A DNA stretch of 64,000 nucleotides from a virus. The stretch lies in IMG/VR virus record IMGVR_UViG_3300017963_000266, positions 5,993 through 69,992 of that record. The stretch is one strand, 5' to 3'. This document shows positions 1 through 9,292 of this stretch, in pieces. Within the stretch, counting starts at the first letter, position 1; every line of letters starts with the position of its first letter. The translations under genes were made by a program, and so were the position numbers. The notes beneath the pieces were generated by a model. It was given only the letters and a program-made list of their open reading frames with translations, was not told the origin of the DNA and searched no databases.

Positions 1-168
1 CAAATCAAAAGCATTGCCTGAACTGTTAAAAGATGACATGGGCCAAAAGCCCCGCAACCCAGGCAATGACAAATATTTTCCTATTGCATCAGTTGATAAG
101 GACTCGCCCCGCAAAATAAAGTCAACTGACAGGGCATCAACCAGACTGTCATTTCTTCTGTAGGCCAT
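1..168 (-). CDS. Partial (runs off window) LamG/ConA-like virion protein
   Basis: Manual translation MAYRRNDSLVDALSVDFILRGESLSTDAIGKYLSLPGLRGFWPMSSFNSSGNAFDL; LRGFWPM...GNAFDL resembles the start of phage LamG domains. Confidence 0.5.
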   Translation of the reverse strand, partial: MAYRRNDSLVDALSVDFILRGESLSTDAIGKYLSLPGLRGFWPMSSFNSSGNAFDL

Positions 169-176
169 TTTCTATC

Positions 177-3100
177 CTAATCTATTGCTGCACTACCCAA
201 CCGCTTCTGCAAAGTCTCAAAGAAGGATACTTCCGCACTATTGATAGATAATCCCCAGGGCATAGTATATTTTACATTGTCAATATATGCTGCCCGAACA
301 TCTTTTCGTAACAGGTCATTGGTGAAAGGTGGGCTGCTACCAACCAGCAAGTCTGTGTATAATAGCCATTCCCCAGCCAGCACATCCCAGGGATCAAGTT
401 TCTTGCCATTTTCAGTCAGGCCAGCATTGGACGTTAGTCTTTGTTCATATCTGATTTCTGTGGGGATAGGATCATAAATAAACTGCCGGTCATCATAGAA
501 TCCTGCCCGATAAGTATTATAGCTGGCATCACCTAAAGAAATTAGTTTACTGATCAGGCTTTCAGCAGTTTTGTCTCTGTCCTCTTGAACTCGTTGCTGG
601 GATGTGTTCTCAGTAATCTTTGAATAATCAGTTGAAAATATCCCAGTGTTAGGTTCTGCTGCCAGAATATTTTCAATCTTGGTACTGATATTTTCTGTGC
701 CTGTTCCGGTATTACTATAAATATATGCTTTCAACCAATGCCAGTAGCCAAGGCATTGCAATTTAATTTCTACTGTAGCAGAACCTAAGGTTGATTGTCG
801 CCCCACAGCAGGCCATGCTTTTGATGCCAGATAAGAATCTCTGGCCTGTTCTGCCTCTGTTTCAGTTGCCCCAGATAGACTGACCACCTTTTCAATGATA
901 CCATATCTGGCCTGGCTATCAGTATTACTGGCAAAATCAGTATCAGTCCTGGTACCTAAAATAGGTGGGTCAACAGATGTATCAATAGTTGAGTAGGCAA
1001 CCTTGACTTTGTTGCCCATATCCCCACCAACCAACGGGCCCAGGGTCAGCTGTAGACTGCCAAAAGAAACAGTAATTTGATTGACAAATCCTTCCCATCT
1101 TTTGACCTGGGCCGAGTTATAAACTTCAATGTGCTTGCCCAATCCATTCTGTATCCAGTCATCAATCATTGTTGGGTTTGCCCCTAAGGACATATCAGCA
1201 GCCCAATAACCACCCACAGCCTGAATAGTATGGGAATAAGCAGATAGCTTGCCTGTAATGTCCACTGCTAAGCTACTGCGCCAAAGTGGGTCTGAGGCAT
1301 ATACCACTATCCCCCTGGTCTGTTTCCTGCTGGGGAAAACAATTCTTGAAACAGGGGCAATGGTTGTGGTAGATGTAGAAATTGATGTGCTGGAACTGGA
1401 ACTGGAAGAGCTAGAACTAGAACTGGTACTTGTAACCGTGCTGGTACTAGATGTGCTGCTGCTGGAACTGGAACTACTAGATGTTGTGCTGCTGCTGCTG
1501 GTGGTGCTGCTGGAACTGGAACTTGTAACCGTGCTGGTTGATGATGAGGATGATGTCTGGCTGGAACTGCTGGAACTGGAACAGCTGGAACTGGAAGTTG
1601 ATGTGCTGGTGCTGCTAGAAGTCGATGTGCTAGAAACAGATGTGCTGGTACTGGTACTGCTGCTAGATGTAGAACTGGAACTGGAAGAAGAGGATGATGT
1701 GCTGGAACTGGAACTGGAACTGGCAGCTGATCCGGCTTTGAATGCTATCCAGTAATAATCTGTTCCACTGGCATTAACTTCTGCATCGGTTCCAACCTGA
1801 AATGTGGTTGCCCCGGTTCCTTGCACCCGGTCAGTAGTTAAAGCGGTATTATTAAAATGCCCACTTTCACCAGCAGGCATGTCACTGGTGAAAAGAACTT
1901 TTGCATCAGCATTATCACCAAAGACCCAGACTGAGTCAGGCTGAAAACCAACTGTGATATTCCTGTCATCAACACCATTGCCGGTATAGGTTCCGGTTTC
2001 AACCAGGTTAGTAACATCCTGTATAGCCATATAATCAAAGGTCTTGCCATTGGCATTAATTCTTGAAGATGTGCCTAACTGAAAGCCGTTGACAATCAGG
2101 GCCTGAATTTCATTAGATTGATTTGCAACACTATTAAATCTGGAACTGTCAGAACCATGTTCATTATTCTTAAAACAACCCTGGGCTGAAGATGCATCTT
2201 CAACTTTTATCCATACCCCTGTTGGCGTAAATGAAAGGGGTGTCAGATTCCGGTTGTCATTTCCATCACCAGTATATTGCCCAACCTTGAAATCATTTTC
2301 TGATGGGTCAGCAATACATATGTAATAATATTCAATAGCATTTTCATTGACTCTGGCATCAGTCCCTATCTGGAATCCATCAGCCTCAAAAGCTTGAATA
2401 GCATTGGTAAATGTATCCCCATCTTCAAACTGTAGCGACTCGCCAGCTGACATGGCTGTTGTACTAAAAACAGCATAATCATTGTCATCAGAACAAATTG
2501 CCACAAAGTCTGGCTCAAAGCCTACCCCTGTAATGCTCCTATCATCTGTATTATTGCCGGTATAGGTCCCAACATAAATTTGCAGGTTTGTTCCTGGTAT
2601 TACGCTGGTACTGCTGCTGCTGGAACTGGAACTGGAAGAACTGGAACTGGAACTGGAAGTCTGGGTTGATGTGCTGCTGGTAGAAGAAGAGGATGATGAT
2701 GTGCTGCTGCTAGATGATGATGTGCTGCTGCTGGATGTAGAACTGGAACTGGAAGAACTAGCAGCCTCTGCTTCAATCGCCAAATAAGCCCATTTTCTGG
2801 CTGTTCCATTTGTAGTGTTAAAATTAAGTGTCCAACCATTAGCATCCATACTGACATAAGATGCCGCCCAGCCAGCCCCACCTGATTCCAGCCGCAAAGA
2901 AATATCAGTATTTGCCCAGCTTTGAGTATCAGCAGTGCCTTGCGCGTCCTCATCCTGAAAAGTAGCACTAAGATCAGTTCCATCTTCATCAAAGACCATA
3001 ACCCCATAAGTGCCATTTCCGGTTGTTGTGTTCAATGCGGATGTTGGATTGCCTAGCAGAAAAACAAATTGGGGGGTAAAGCCAGGCCCTGTCTGGCTAT

Positions 3101-3968
3101 CGTTGCCGGTGCTGGTAGGAGTATCCATAAAACCAGTATCATAACCAACAGCCCCATTGAAAGCCATTGCAATATAGGCACTGACCAAATCACTAGAACT
3201 GGAACCAGCCCTTAAGGTTGCTGTGAATCCATCAGTTGCCCCGCTAATAAAATCTGTAATTTCAATAGCGCGACTAATGGCCCCACCTGATGGATTAAGA
3301 TTGACACCTGCATAGGCATCCGATGCATAGGTATTGACTTCGCTAGCAGCTTCTCCGTCATTACTGATGAAAGATACCCCAGAATTAGTATTGCTGACAT
3401 CATCAACAGCAAAGCCCAGGTTGATGGGCATATTGGTCCCAGCTGCATCACTTAAAGTTGTGCCATTTCCGCACAGATTGACTACATCTGGGGTAAAACC
3501 GCAGTCAACATCAACTTCGCCCCCATCCCCCCCAGTAGCTGTAAAAGTACCGACATTAAAAGATAAGTCCGTACCACCCAACAGAATGCATATTACCTCA
3601 TACCCAGAACCAAACCCTGCCCCATAATTCAGCCGGACTCCATCCGTTATCCAAGAATCAAACGCTGCTTCCCCTGTTACATTTGTGTTCCCAGCATTTT
3701 GCAGCATTAAGCATTCATCAGTCATGCCGCGCCGCTGACTATTAGTTGTAGCAACTGAACTTTGACTAGACCCACCAATTACAAATTGATTAGTTCCATC
3801 AGTCGCGCCAATAGAAAATCTGGCATCACTGTAGGCAGTCCCATTTGATGTGCTACCCACAGGAATGAAAATGGCCCCTTTAGGAGTACCAAAATCAGTA
3901 ATTGTAATGTCCTGGGTCCCAGAAGTTGTCCTAGTTATAAATTGGGTTGCGCGTATAATAACGCCCAT
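177..3968 (-). CDS. Large multidomain tail/adhesin protein with two Ser/Thr-rich linkers and a C-terminal minor tail domain
   Basis: 1263 aa; repeated G-x-Y-T-G-x-G..GFxPD modules typical of phage virion proteins; poly-Ser/Thr tracts; located in tail region. Confidence 0.7.
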   Translation of the reverse strand: MGVIIRATQFITRTTSGTQDITITDFGTPKGAIFIPVGSTSNGTAYSDARFSIGATDGTNQFVIGGSSQSSVATTNSQRRGMTDECLMLQNAGNTNVTGEAAFDSWITDGVRLNYGAGFGSGYEVICILLGGTDLSFNVGTFTATGGDGGEVDVDCGFTPDVVNLCGNGTTLSDAAGTNMPINLGFAVDDVSNTNSGVSFISNDGEAASEVNTYASDAYAGVNLNPSGGAISRAIEITDFISGATDGFTATLRAGSSSSDLVSAYIAMAFNGAVGYDTGFMDTPTSTGNDSQTGPGFTPQFVFLLGNPTSALNTTTGNGTYGVMVFDEDGTDLSATFQDEDAQGTADTQSWANTDISLRLESGGAGWAASYVSMDANGWTLNFNTTNGTARKWAYLAIEAEAASSSSSSSTSSSSTSSSSSSTSSSSSSTSSTSTQTSSSSSSSSSSSSSSSSTSVIPGTNLQIYVGTYTGNNTDDRSITGVGFEPDFVAICSDDNDYAVFSTTAMSAGESLQFEDGDTFTNAIQAFEADGFQIGTDARVNENAIEYYYICIADPSENDFKVGQYTGDGNDNRNLTPLSFTPTGVWIKVEDASSAQGCFKNNEHGSDSSRFNSVANQSNEIQALIVNGFQLGTSSRINANGKTFDYMAIQDVTNLVETGTYTGNGVDDRNITVGFQPDSVWVFGDNADAKVLFTSDMPAGESGHFNNTALTTDRVQGTGATTFQVGTDAEVNASGTDYYWIAFKAGSAASSSSSSSTSSSSSSSSSTSSSSTSTSTSVSSTSTSSSTSTSTSSSSCSSSSSSSQTSSSSSTSTVTSSSSSSTTSSSSTTSSSSSSSSSTSSTSTVTSTSSSSSSSSSSSSTSISTSTTTIAPVSRIVFPSRKQTRGIVVYASDPLWRSSLAVDITGKLSAYSHTIQAVGGYWAADMSLGANPTMIDDWIQNGLGKHIEVYNSAQVKRWEGFVNQITVSFGSLQLTLGPLVGGDMGNKVKVAYSTIDTSVDPPILGTRTDTDFASNTDSQARYGIIEKVVSLSGATETEAEQARDSYLASKAWPAVGRQSTLGSATVEIKLQCLGYWHWLKAYIYSNTGTGTENISTKIENILAAEPNTGIFSTDYSKITENTSQQRVQEDRDKTAESLISKLISLGDASYNTYRAGFYDDRQFIYDPIPTEIRYEQRLTSNAGLTENGKKLDPWDVLAGEWLLYTDLLVGSSPPFTNDLLRKDVRAAYIDNVKYTMPWGLSINSAEVSFFETLQKRLGSAAID
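1360..1725 (-). repeat. Low-complexity Ser/Thr tract (AGTTCC/AGCAGC-type codon repeats)
   Basis: About 120 codons almost all Ser/Thr; gaactg repeats on + strand; a second tract at ~2605-2765. Confidence 0.9.
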
Positions 3969-3971
3969 TAT

Positions 3972-4298
3972 CTAAGTCCAGTGGTCAATAATAATGTTCA
4001 GCCTATTGCTGAAATCTGCCTTGGTATTGTACTTTAATCCTGCCTCTGCCAACATCATAATTCCATGCAATTCTGAGGCAAAACCAGCTTTGTTAGCTGC
4101 CCCAATTGCGGTGTCTACTGCTGCCAGCAAAGCATCAAGATCAGCCTGGGCTTCAGTGTCCAGACTCCATGCTGCTACAATTTGATTGCGCGTTGTTTGC
4201 CCAGCAACATAGTCAGCAATGGCAGCCCAGAAATAATGGGCAGGGATATTATCTTCTAGGTCTGATGTAGGAAATAATCTGTCAAATAAGTCAGCCAT
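3972..4298 (-). CDS. Hypothetical protein
   Basis: 108-aa ORF tightly packed in the tail operon. Confidence 0.65.
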   Translation of the reverse strand: MADLFDRLFPTSDLEDNIPAHYFWAAIADYVAGQTTRNQIVAAWSLDTEAQADLDALLAAVDTAIGAANKAGFASELHGIMMLAEAGLKYNTKADFSNRLNIIIDHWT

Positions 4299-4308
4299 AA
4301 TTTTTCTC

Positions 4309-6381
4309 CTATGGGCAACCTAAAGTCACAACTGTTGTAACTGTTATCACTGCCACAACTGTTACAACTTCTGTTGGGGGTGGGGGGTTGTTTGGTGAGG
4401 ATGGTAAAAGTTTCCTGATCCAATCTACATCTAAATTATCAAACCACAGTGTTCCAGATGTGCCAGCATCAATACCGCTAATTGTTCCGATCCTGATTTG
4501 ATCAGCATCAAAATTATGATTGTTTAGCCCTTCAATAGATTCTTCTTCAACACCATTGACATATAAGAAAAGAAACCCATTATTCTTTGACGTATTCTGC
4601 CCAGCATACCACCTTAATTGGACATAAGACCAGCCAGACCCATTAAGGTTATAGTAGCTAGTATAATTTACTGTATTTGAATCATCAATGCACCCAGCCC
4701 TAACCCGATAGTTAGACCCATCATACTGAACATTGACCAGAACAATGTTTGTTGCCCCATCTAATAATGCAAGGCATGTGAATTCATCCCCACTTGCCAT
4801 AGTCAAGCTATCAACATTGATATAAAATCTTGTGTAAAAATGGTGAATATTATCCAGCCCGGTTCTATAAGCATAGTTTCCTGAGGCAATTGGAACCGTT
4901 AATACATTATTAGCAGTCACCCCAACTGAACCGGAAAAGTTGGTTAAGTTTGTAAAAGTAGTTTGAAAGACTCTATGGGTGGTGTAATCATATTCTTTCC
5001 AGCCAATATCAACTTGTCCAGACCCAGCATAGAAATTGTTCCAGTCCCAGACCACTGCTGAGCTATCCCCAGCATTAATGCAAGGTGATCCTGCTGCCAA
5101 TTCATAATCAACTGTGTCTACAAAAGCTGGGTCTGATGTCAACCCATTAGTTTCTTGACCCAAGGTGCCTGATACATAAGCATAATTTCTAGCTGCCCCG
5201 CTATAGTACCAGATATTACTTGCCCCATCAGCATAGCAGTTATTGTCAAACGTGTAATTGTTTTCAGTATCTTCTAACAAAACTGGATATAAAGTTATGG
5301 TGTCAAAAATACAATTTTTAACTACTTTTCCATCCTCATTAGACCCAGACCCAGTAGATGATGTTTGCCCGTATACCCCATAATTGCAATTGTCAATAGT
5401 GCAATTCAGTAAAACGTTATCGCCGCCCCGCATGCGAACTGCCCCAAAATCGCCTGACAGGTCTGTAAAAAGGCATCTTTCAACCGTGGTAAATCTGCCA
5501 GAAAAGTCAGTAGCTTCTGTGTAGCGTCCAAAATATAACCCTGCCCGATTATCCCCCCTGGTTCCAAAGATTCTACAGTTATAGATATGATTATGCTGTC
5601 CTCCAATATTAACAATAAAATGGTCAAAGGCTTCGCCAGCATCCGTCCCAATTCCACTGTAAGAAAAAGAAGAATCGTAAACTGTGATAAATGACATTCC
5701 ATCTTTCCATTCCAAAGCCTCACTATCACAGTAAGATACATCACAGTTCCGAACCGTAATAAAACTGGTGTCATCACTCAACAAATTGTCCCTGCCAAAC
5801 TTGAGTCCCTCACCCCTAATATTGGTAATAGTGCAATCTTCAATGGTGATAAATTTACTTGAATAGAGACATGTTATGGCATTGACTCGCCCAGCTTCCC
5901 CATTTGTAAAACCATGAACGTACAAATCACTTAAAAGAACATGTTCGGTTTCGTGAAACTGAATTGCACCCTGGTTCTGAGCTATATTTGTAGATGTAAT
6001 TTCAAAACCTGCTATTGTAAAATAGCTGGAAGGGCCTGGCGGGTCTGGCGTAGTAAATGTAGATGTGTAGATTATATGTGCTCCATTTCCCAGTACCCCG
6101 GTATTATTTCGCAACACTGGTCTGCCAGTTCCATAACCGTCTTTAGAGCCCAGATAAATATGGTTACCAACTGTCCCATTAGAACCGTATAAATGCAGGA
6201 ACTTGGCCGCGTTGTCAATATCCCAGGTTTCACCACCCTTAAAGTAGATATTGTCACCAGCAGAAAATGTGCCAGCCTGCCATTCAGTATTGACCTTGGA
6301 TGTAGTTTGCCAGGCTGTACCTTCAGCAGTGCCAGCGTTACTGTCATTGCCACCAGTCCAGTCAACGTAGTAATCAGTCAT
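4309..6381 (-). CDS. Right-handed beta-helix (pectin-lyase-like) protein, putative depolymerase/adhesin
   Basis: N-terminal YYVD..GNDSNAGT..TAWQT motif, parallel beta-helix repeats (ITIEDCTI, ITVRNCDV), DPAF..LAAGSPCINAG..DIG motif, C-terminal beta-sandwich. Confidence 0.75.
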   Translation of the reverse strand: MTDYYVDWTGGNDSNAGTAEGTAWQTTSKVNTEWQAGTFSAGDNIYFKGGETWDIDNAAKFLHLYGSNGTVGNHIYLGSKDGYGTGRPVLRNNTGVLGNGAHIIYTSTFTTPDPPGPSSYFTIAGFEITSTNIAQNQGAIQFHETEHVLLSDLYVHGFTNGEAGRVNAITCLYSSKFITIEDCTITNIRGEGLKFGRDNLLSDDTSFITVRNCDVSYCDSEALEWKDGMSFITVYDSSFSYSGIGTDAGEAFDHFIVNIGGQHNHIYNCRIFGTRGDNRAGLYFGRYTEATDFSGRFTTVERCLFTDLSGDFGAVRMRGGDNVLLNCTIDNCNYGVYGQTSSTGSGSNEDGKVVKNCIFDTITLYPVLLEDTENNYTFDNNCYADGASNIWYYSGAARNYAYVSGTLGQETNGLTSDPAFVDTVDYELAAGSPCINAGDSSAVVWDWNNFYAGSGQVDIGWKEYDYTTHRVFQTTFTNLTNFSGSVGVTANNVLTVPIASGNYAYRTGLDNIHHFYTRFYINVDSLTMASGDEFTCLALLDGATNIVLVNVQYDGSNYRVRAGCIDDSNTVNYTSYYNLNGSGWSYVQLRWYAGQNTSKNNGFLFLYVNGVEEESIEGLNNHNFDADQIRIGTISGIDAGTSGTLWFDNLDVDWIRKLLPSSPNNPPPPTEVVTVVAVITVTTVVTLGCP

Positions 6382-8111
6382 CTTTCTATGTCCAGAATAA
6401 AATCACCTGTCCACAAATCACGGTTGCCATTACCCTTTTTAATTATTTTAGGTTCTGGCCCATATTCATCTAAAATAATTGTGTCCCCATGATGGTGCCT
6501 TAATCGCCTTGGTTCTGCCCACTTTAAGAATTCCGTATCATCAGCTTTGCAATGGACAATAATATGATAGGGATGCCAGGCCCCCTGATAAGGTGCATCA
6601 AATCTATCTTGCCTCAATTCATTATGAGTATCTTTAATGCTTAAGATGGTTGTTTCCAAGTCCCCATTATGATGAATATGAATAATCCTGTCATCTTTAG
6701 GTTGACCCCATTGCAACACAGGCTGATGCTTTGCCCAGTTCTGTTGTAACCAAACCACCCTTTTTTCATATACTGACCCATATTGATTTGGCCAGATTCC
6801 TGTTTCTTTGTAAAGTCGATTAAATGACCCAGACCCGCGCCGGTAGGGATGCACCCCGGTACAAGGTTCTCCTAAGTTACAACGACAGGTAACAACATGA
6901 ACTGTTATGCCAGCGTCGCGCCAACGGTATGCCATTTCATCATCATCAGCCCCCCAGCCTGGTTCCGCGAAAGGTCCATCCTCGCTAAATCTTAATCCAT
7001 CCCAGGCCTTGGCCCTTGCTAAACAATAGGCTGTATGACTTAACCTGGTATTTTGATAAGTCCATTTAATATCATAGGCCCACCGCCGCCAGGCCTTTTT
7101 TTCATCCGTTCTAAAATCTGGAATCTCGACTCCAATAACATCAGCTGCTGGAGTCGATTCTAAATAATCCAGCATCTTTTTTGTGCCACCAATTAAGGGG
7201 CGAATCCCTCCATCCAACATTAACACATAATCAAATTTACCTGCCTTATTTAGACCCGCGTTTCGACCTGGCCCAGCCCCCTTGTTTTCTCGATTAATCG
7301 CCGTAAGATCAGATTGTTCTGGTTCTGCCAACCATCCTCGAGTATTATCAACAGACCCGTTATTGACAACAATAATTTCGTCTATTGGCTCATCCCTTAA
7401 TACTGAAATCTGTTGCTTAAGTAAAGGCAAGTTGTCAAGAGTAGTGATAATTGCCTTGATAACCTTTGGCTGGGGTCTGGGTACCTCTATTGTTTCCCAT
7501 TCATAACCATATCTGGTAGACATTTCCAGCAGTCTTATCTGTAGGGGCAAGGAAATAGCATCAAGATTGACTATTGGCCCTGGGCCCTTTATTTTGGTAT
7601 TGAATTCAGTGTCATTAAATAGGTCTTTGTTTGAGCAATCAACATCTAGCCAGTCTAATAATTCTTCCGGTTCATCCTCAATTCTGTGAACATATTGTAC
7701 CTTATCCTGAATCTTCAGGTTCCAGGCCAGCCAGAAATATGCAGCCCGGTCAATTTCATTCCTGTAGTCTGCTAATTCTGGTAAATGGTCATAAGCAAAT
7801 TTAATATAGGGCCTGGTGTTAGGATTAGGGGCTGCTGAAAAGAAACCTATTTTCAGCAAAGATGCTATAACCTTTTGGGGATGTCTGATTATTTGAATCT
7901 TGATAGGGTCTAAAAAGTCGTCTAAGAAGGGGGCTGCCAACCAGCTGGAGTCCGCAATAGTGCCAGTCCAATAATGACGCATAAATTCCTGGCTGTAGCC
8001 ATGGGGGGTAAAGAATAATTCATGCCCACACGTAATACCAGCACTATTCAGTAAATTGGCAATGAAACCTGTTCCACATCGCCCAGAACCAGTCAGGATA
8101 TATTTTAGCAT
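6378..8111 (-). CDS. Sulfotransferase-like domain fused to GT2 glycosyltransferase
   Basis: N-terminal TGSGRCGT loop, HE and RHP motifs; C-terminal IIVVNNGSVD, NKGAGPGRNAGL, LMLDGG, GWGADD. Confidence 0.75.
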   Translation of the reverse strand: MLKYILTGSGRCGTGFIANLLNSAGITCGHELFFTPHGYSQEFMRHYWTGTIADSSWLAAPFLDDFLDPIKIQIIRHPQKVIASLLKIGFFSAAPNPNTRPYIKFAYDHLPELADYRNEIDRAAYFWLAWNLKIQDKVQYVHRIEDEPEELLDWLDVDCSNKDLFNDTEFNTKIKGPGPIVNLDAISLPLQIRLLEMSTRYGYEWETIEVPRPQPKVIKAIITTLDNLPLLKQQISVLRDEPIDEIIVVNNGSVDNTRGWLAEPEQSDLTAINRENKGAGPGRNAGLNKAGKFDYVLMLDGGIRPLIGGTKKMLDYLESTPAADVIGVEIPDFRTDEKKAWRRWAYDIKWTYQNTRLSHTAYCLARAKAWDGLRFSEDGPFAEPGWGADDDEMAYRWRDAGITVHVVTCRCNLGEPCTGVHPYRRGSGSFNRLYKETGIWPNQYGSVYEKRVVWLQQNWAKHQPVLQWGQPKDDRIIHIHHNGDLETTILSIKDTHNELRQDRFDAPYQGAWHPYHIIVHCKADDTEFLKWAEPRRLRHHHGDTIILDEYGPEPKIIKKGNGNRDLWTGDFILDIER

Positions 8112-9292
8112 TTTTCAAGGTATAGCAGCCTTAGAAAGTCTTTCGCCATTGCTTTTGGGGTCCATCGCTGGCGCGCGCGAGCCTGGGCAACCAGGGCCCG
8201 ATTAGAATAAAATTCCTGAACCAATCGCCCAGCTTCATCATTCCAGAATGCCTGTTCGTCAGGGCTATAGGTTCTCACAACTTCATCACTGCCAAAGTCA
8301 AAATAAATACCAGCGTCCCCAAACAATTCGCGCATAACTTGCAGGTCACCATTCAGGCAAACTAACTTGCCCCGCAGAATGGCCTCATGTACTACCAGGC
8401 TGTAGGTTTCAATCATTGACGGATGGACGTAAACAGTAGTCAAGTCCATCAATTCAGTCACTACATATTTTGGCACCCCTTGACTGGCTCTATCATCTAA
8501 CTTTGATGTAAAAGCCACGTCATCAGTTATATCCAATTCTGATATAACCTCTTGTAGTTGCTTAATATACTTCTGAAACCTTTTACCCTGGGATTGCCAA
8601 TCAACAATTAATAACTTGGTTGAATAACCCATCTTTTTAATGCCAGCCAGCAGCCTAATTATTTTTTCAGGCTGTTTTCCTGCGTCCAATCTGGCTGGAA
8701 AGACACATGAGAATTCAGCGTCCAACAGATTAAACTTTTCAATCAGGTCAAGGGTTAAGGGGGAATAATTCCACATCAGCAAAGGGTCAAGGGCATGACT
8801 TGCCCGATTGACAATAATCCTACTTATCTGCTCCTGGGTCTGATAGGCTTTGATCACCCTGGGCTGATTGTAATAATTCGGATAGACAATATATCCTGGG
8901 GGCATGGTATGGGTAGGATTAGGGGCAGAATGAATATAATGCAACCAAAGAATATCAAGATTCAACTCTCTGATTGCCTTATCATAAACAGAATGGGTGG
9001 GCAACAAAACCAAGTCATGAGTAATACAGACATCCATATCTGCCAGCTGGGACACTAATACCTGTTTGAGTATCTCAACTGTTGCATCAGGCAAGTCTGG
9101 CAACACTGGCCTAATATCCAAATTATGGGGTTGCCAGAATTCCCTATCTGACTTAAAATTTTCTTGGACCAGGACTGTTGGCTCTAAGCCAGCATCAATC
9201 AACATTCTTAGTTGATTCTCTGCTACAGTTACTACGCTGAATCCGCTGTCTGCCTCAAAAAATGTGGTTAGAACCGCTACTTTCCTTTTTAT
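8105..9292 (-). CDS. GT4 (GT-B) glycosyltransferase; probable non-canonical ATA start at 9292
   Basis: PARLDAGK and PSMIETYSLVVHEAIL motifs; open frame extends 29 codons upstream of ATG 9205 (IKRKVAVLTTFFEADSGFSVV). Confidence 0.8.
   Translation of the reverse strand: MKRKVAVLTTFFEADSGFSVVTVAENQLRMLIDAGLEPTVLVQENFKSDREFWQPHNLDIRPVLPDLPDATVEILKQVLVSQLADMDVCITHDLVLLPTHSVYDKAIRELNLDILWLHYIHSAPNPTHTMPPGYIVYPNYYNQPRVIKAYQTQEQISRIIVNRASHALDPLLMWNYSPLTLDLIEKFNLLDAEFSCVFPARLDAGKQPEKIIRLLAGIKKMGYSTKLLIVDWQSQGKRFQKYIKQLQEVISELDITDDVAFTSKLDDRASQGVPKYVVTELMDLTTVYVHPSMIETYSLVVHEAILRGKLVCLNGDLQVMRELFGDAGIYFDFGSDEVVRTYSPDEQAFWNDEAGRLVQEFYSNRALVAQARARQRWTPKAMAKDFLRLLYLEKC

Noticed and set aside
1249-1755. 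Long plus-strand ORFs (1249..1755, 13517..14134, 15701..16183, 21138..21938, 58386..59141 and similar)
   Set aside because: Antisense shadows of well-supported minus-strand genes, lacking SD or motifs
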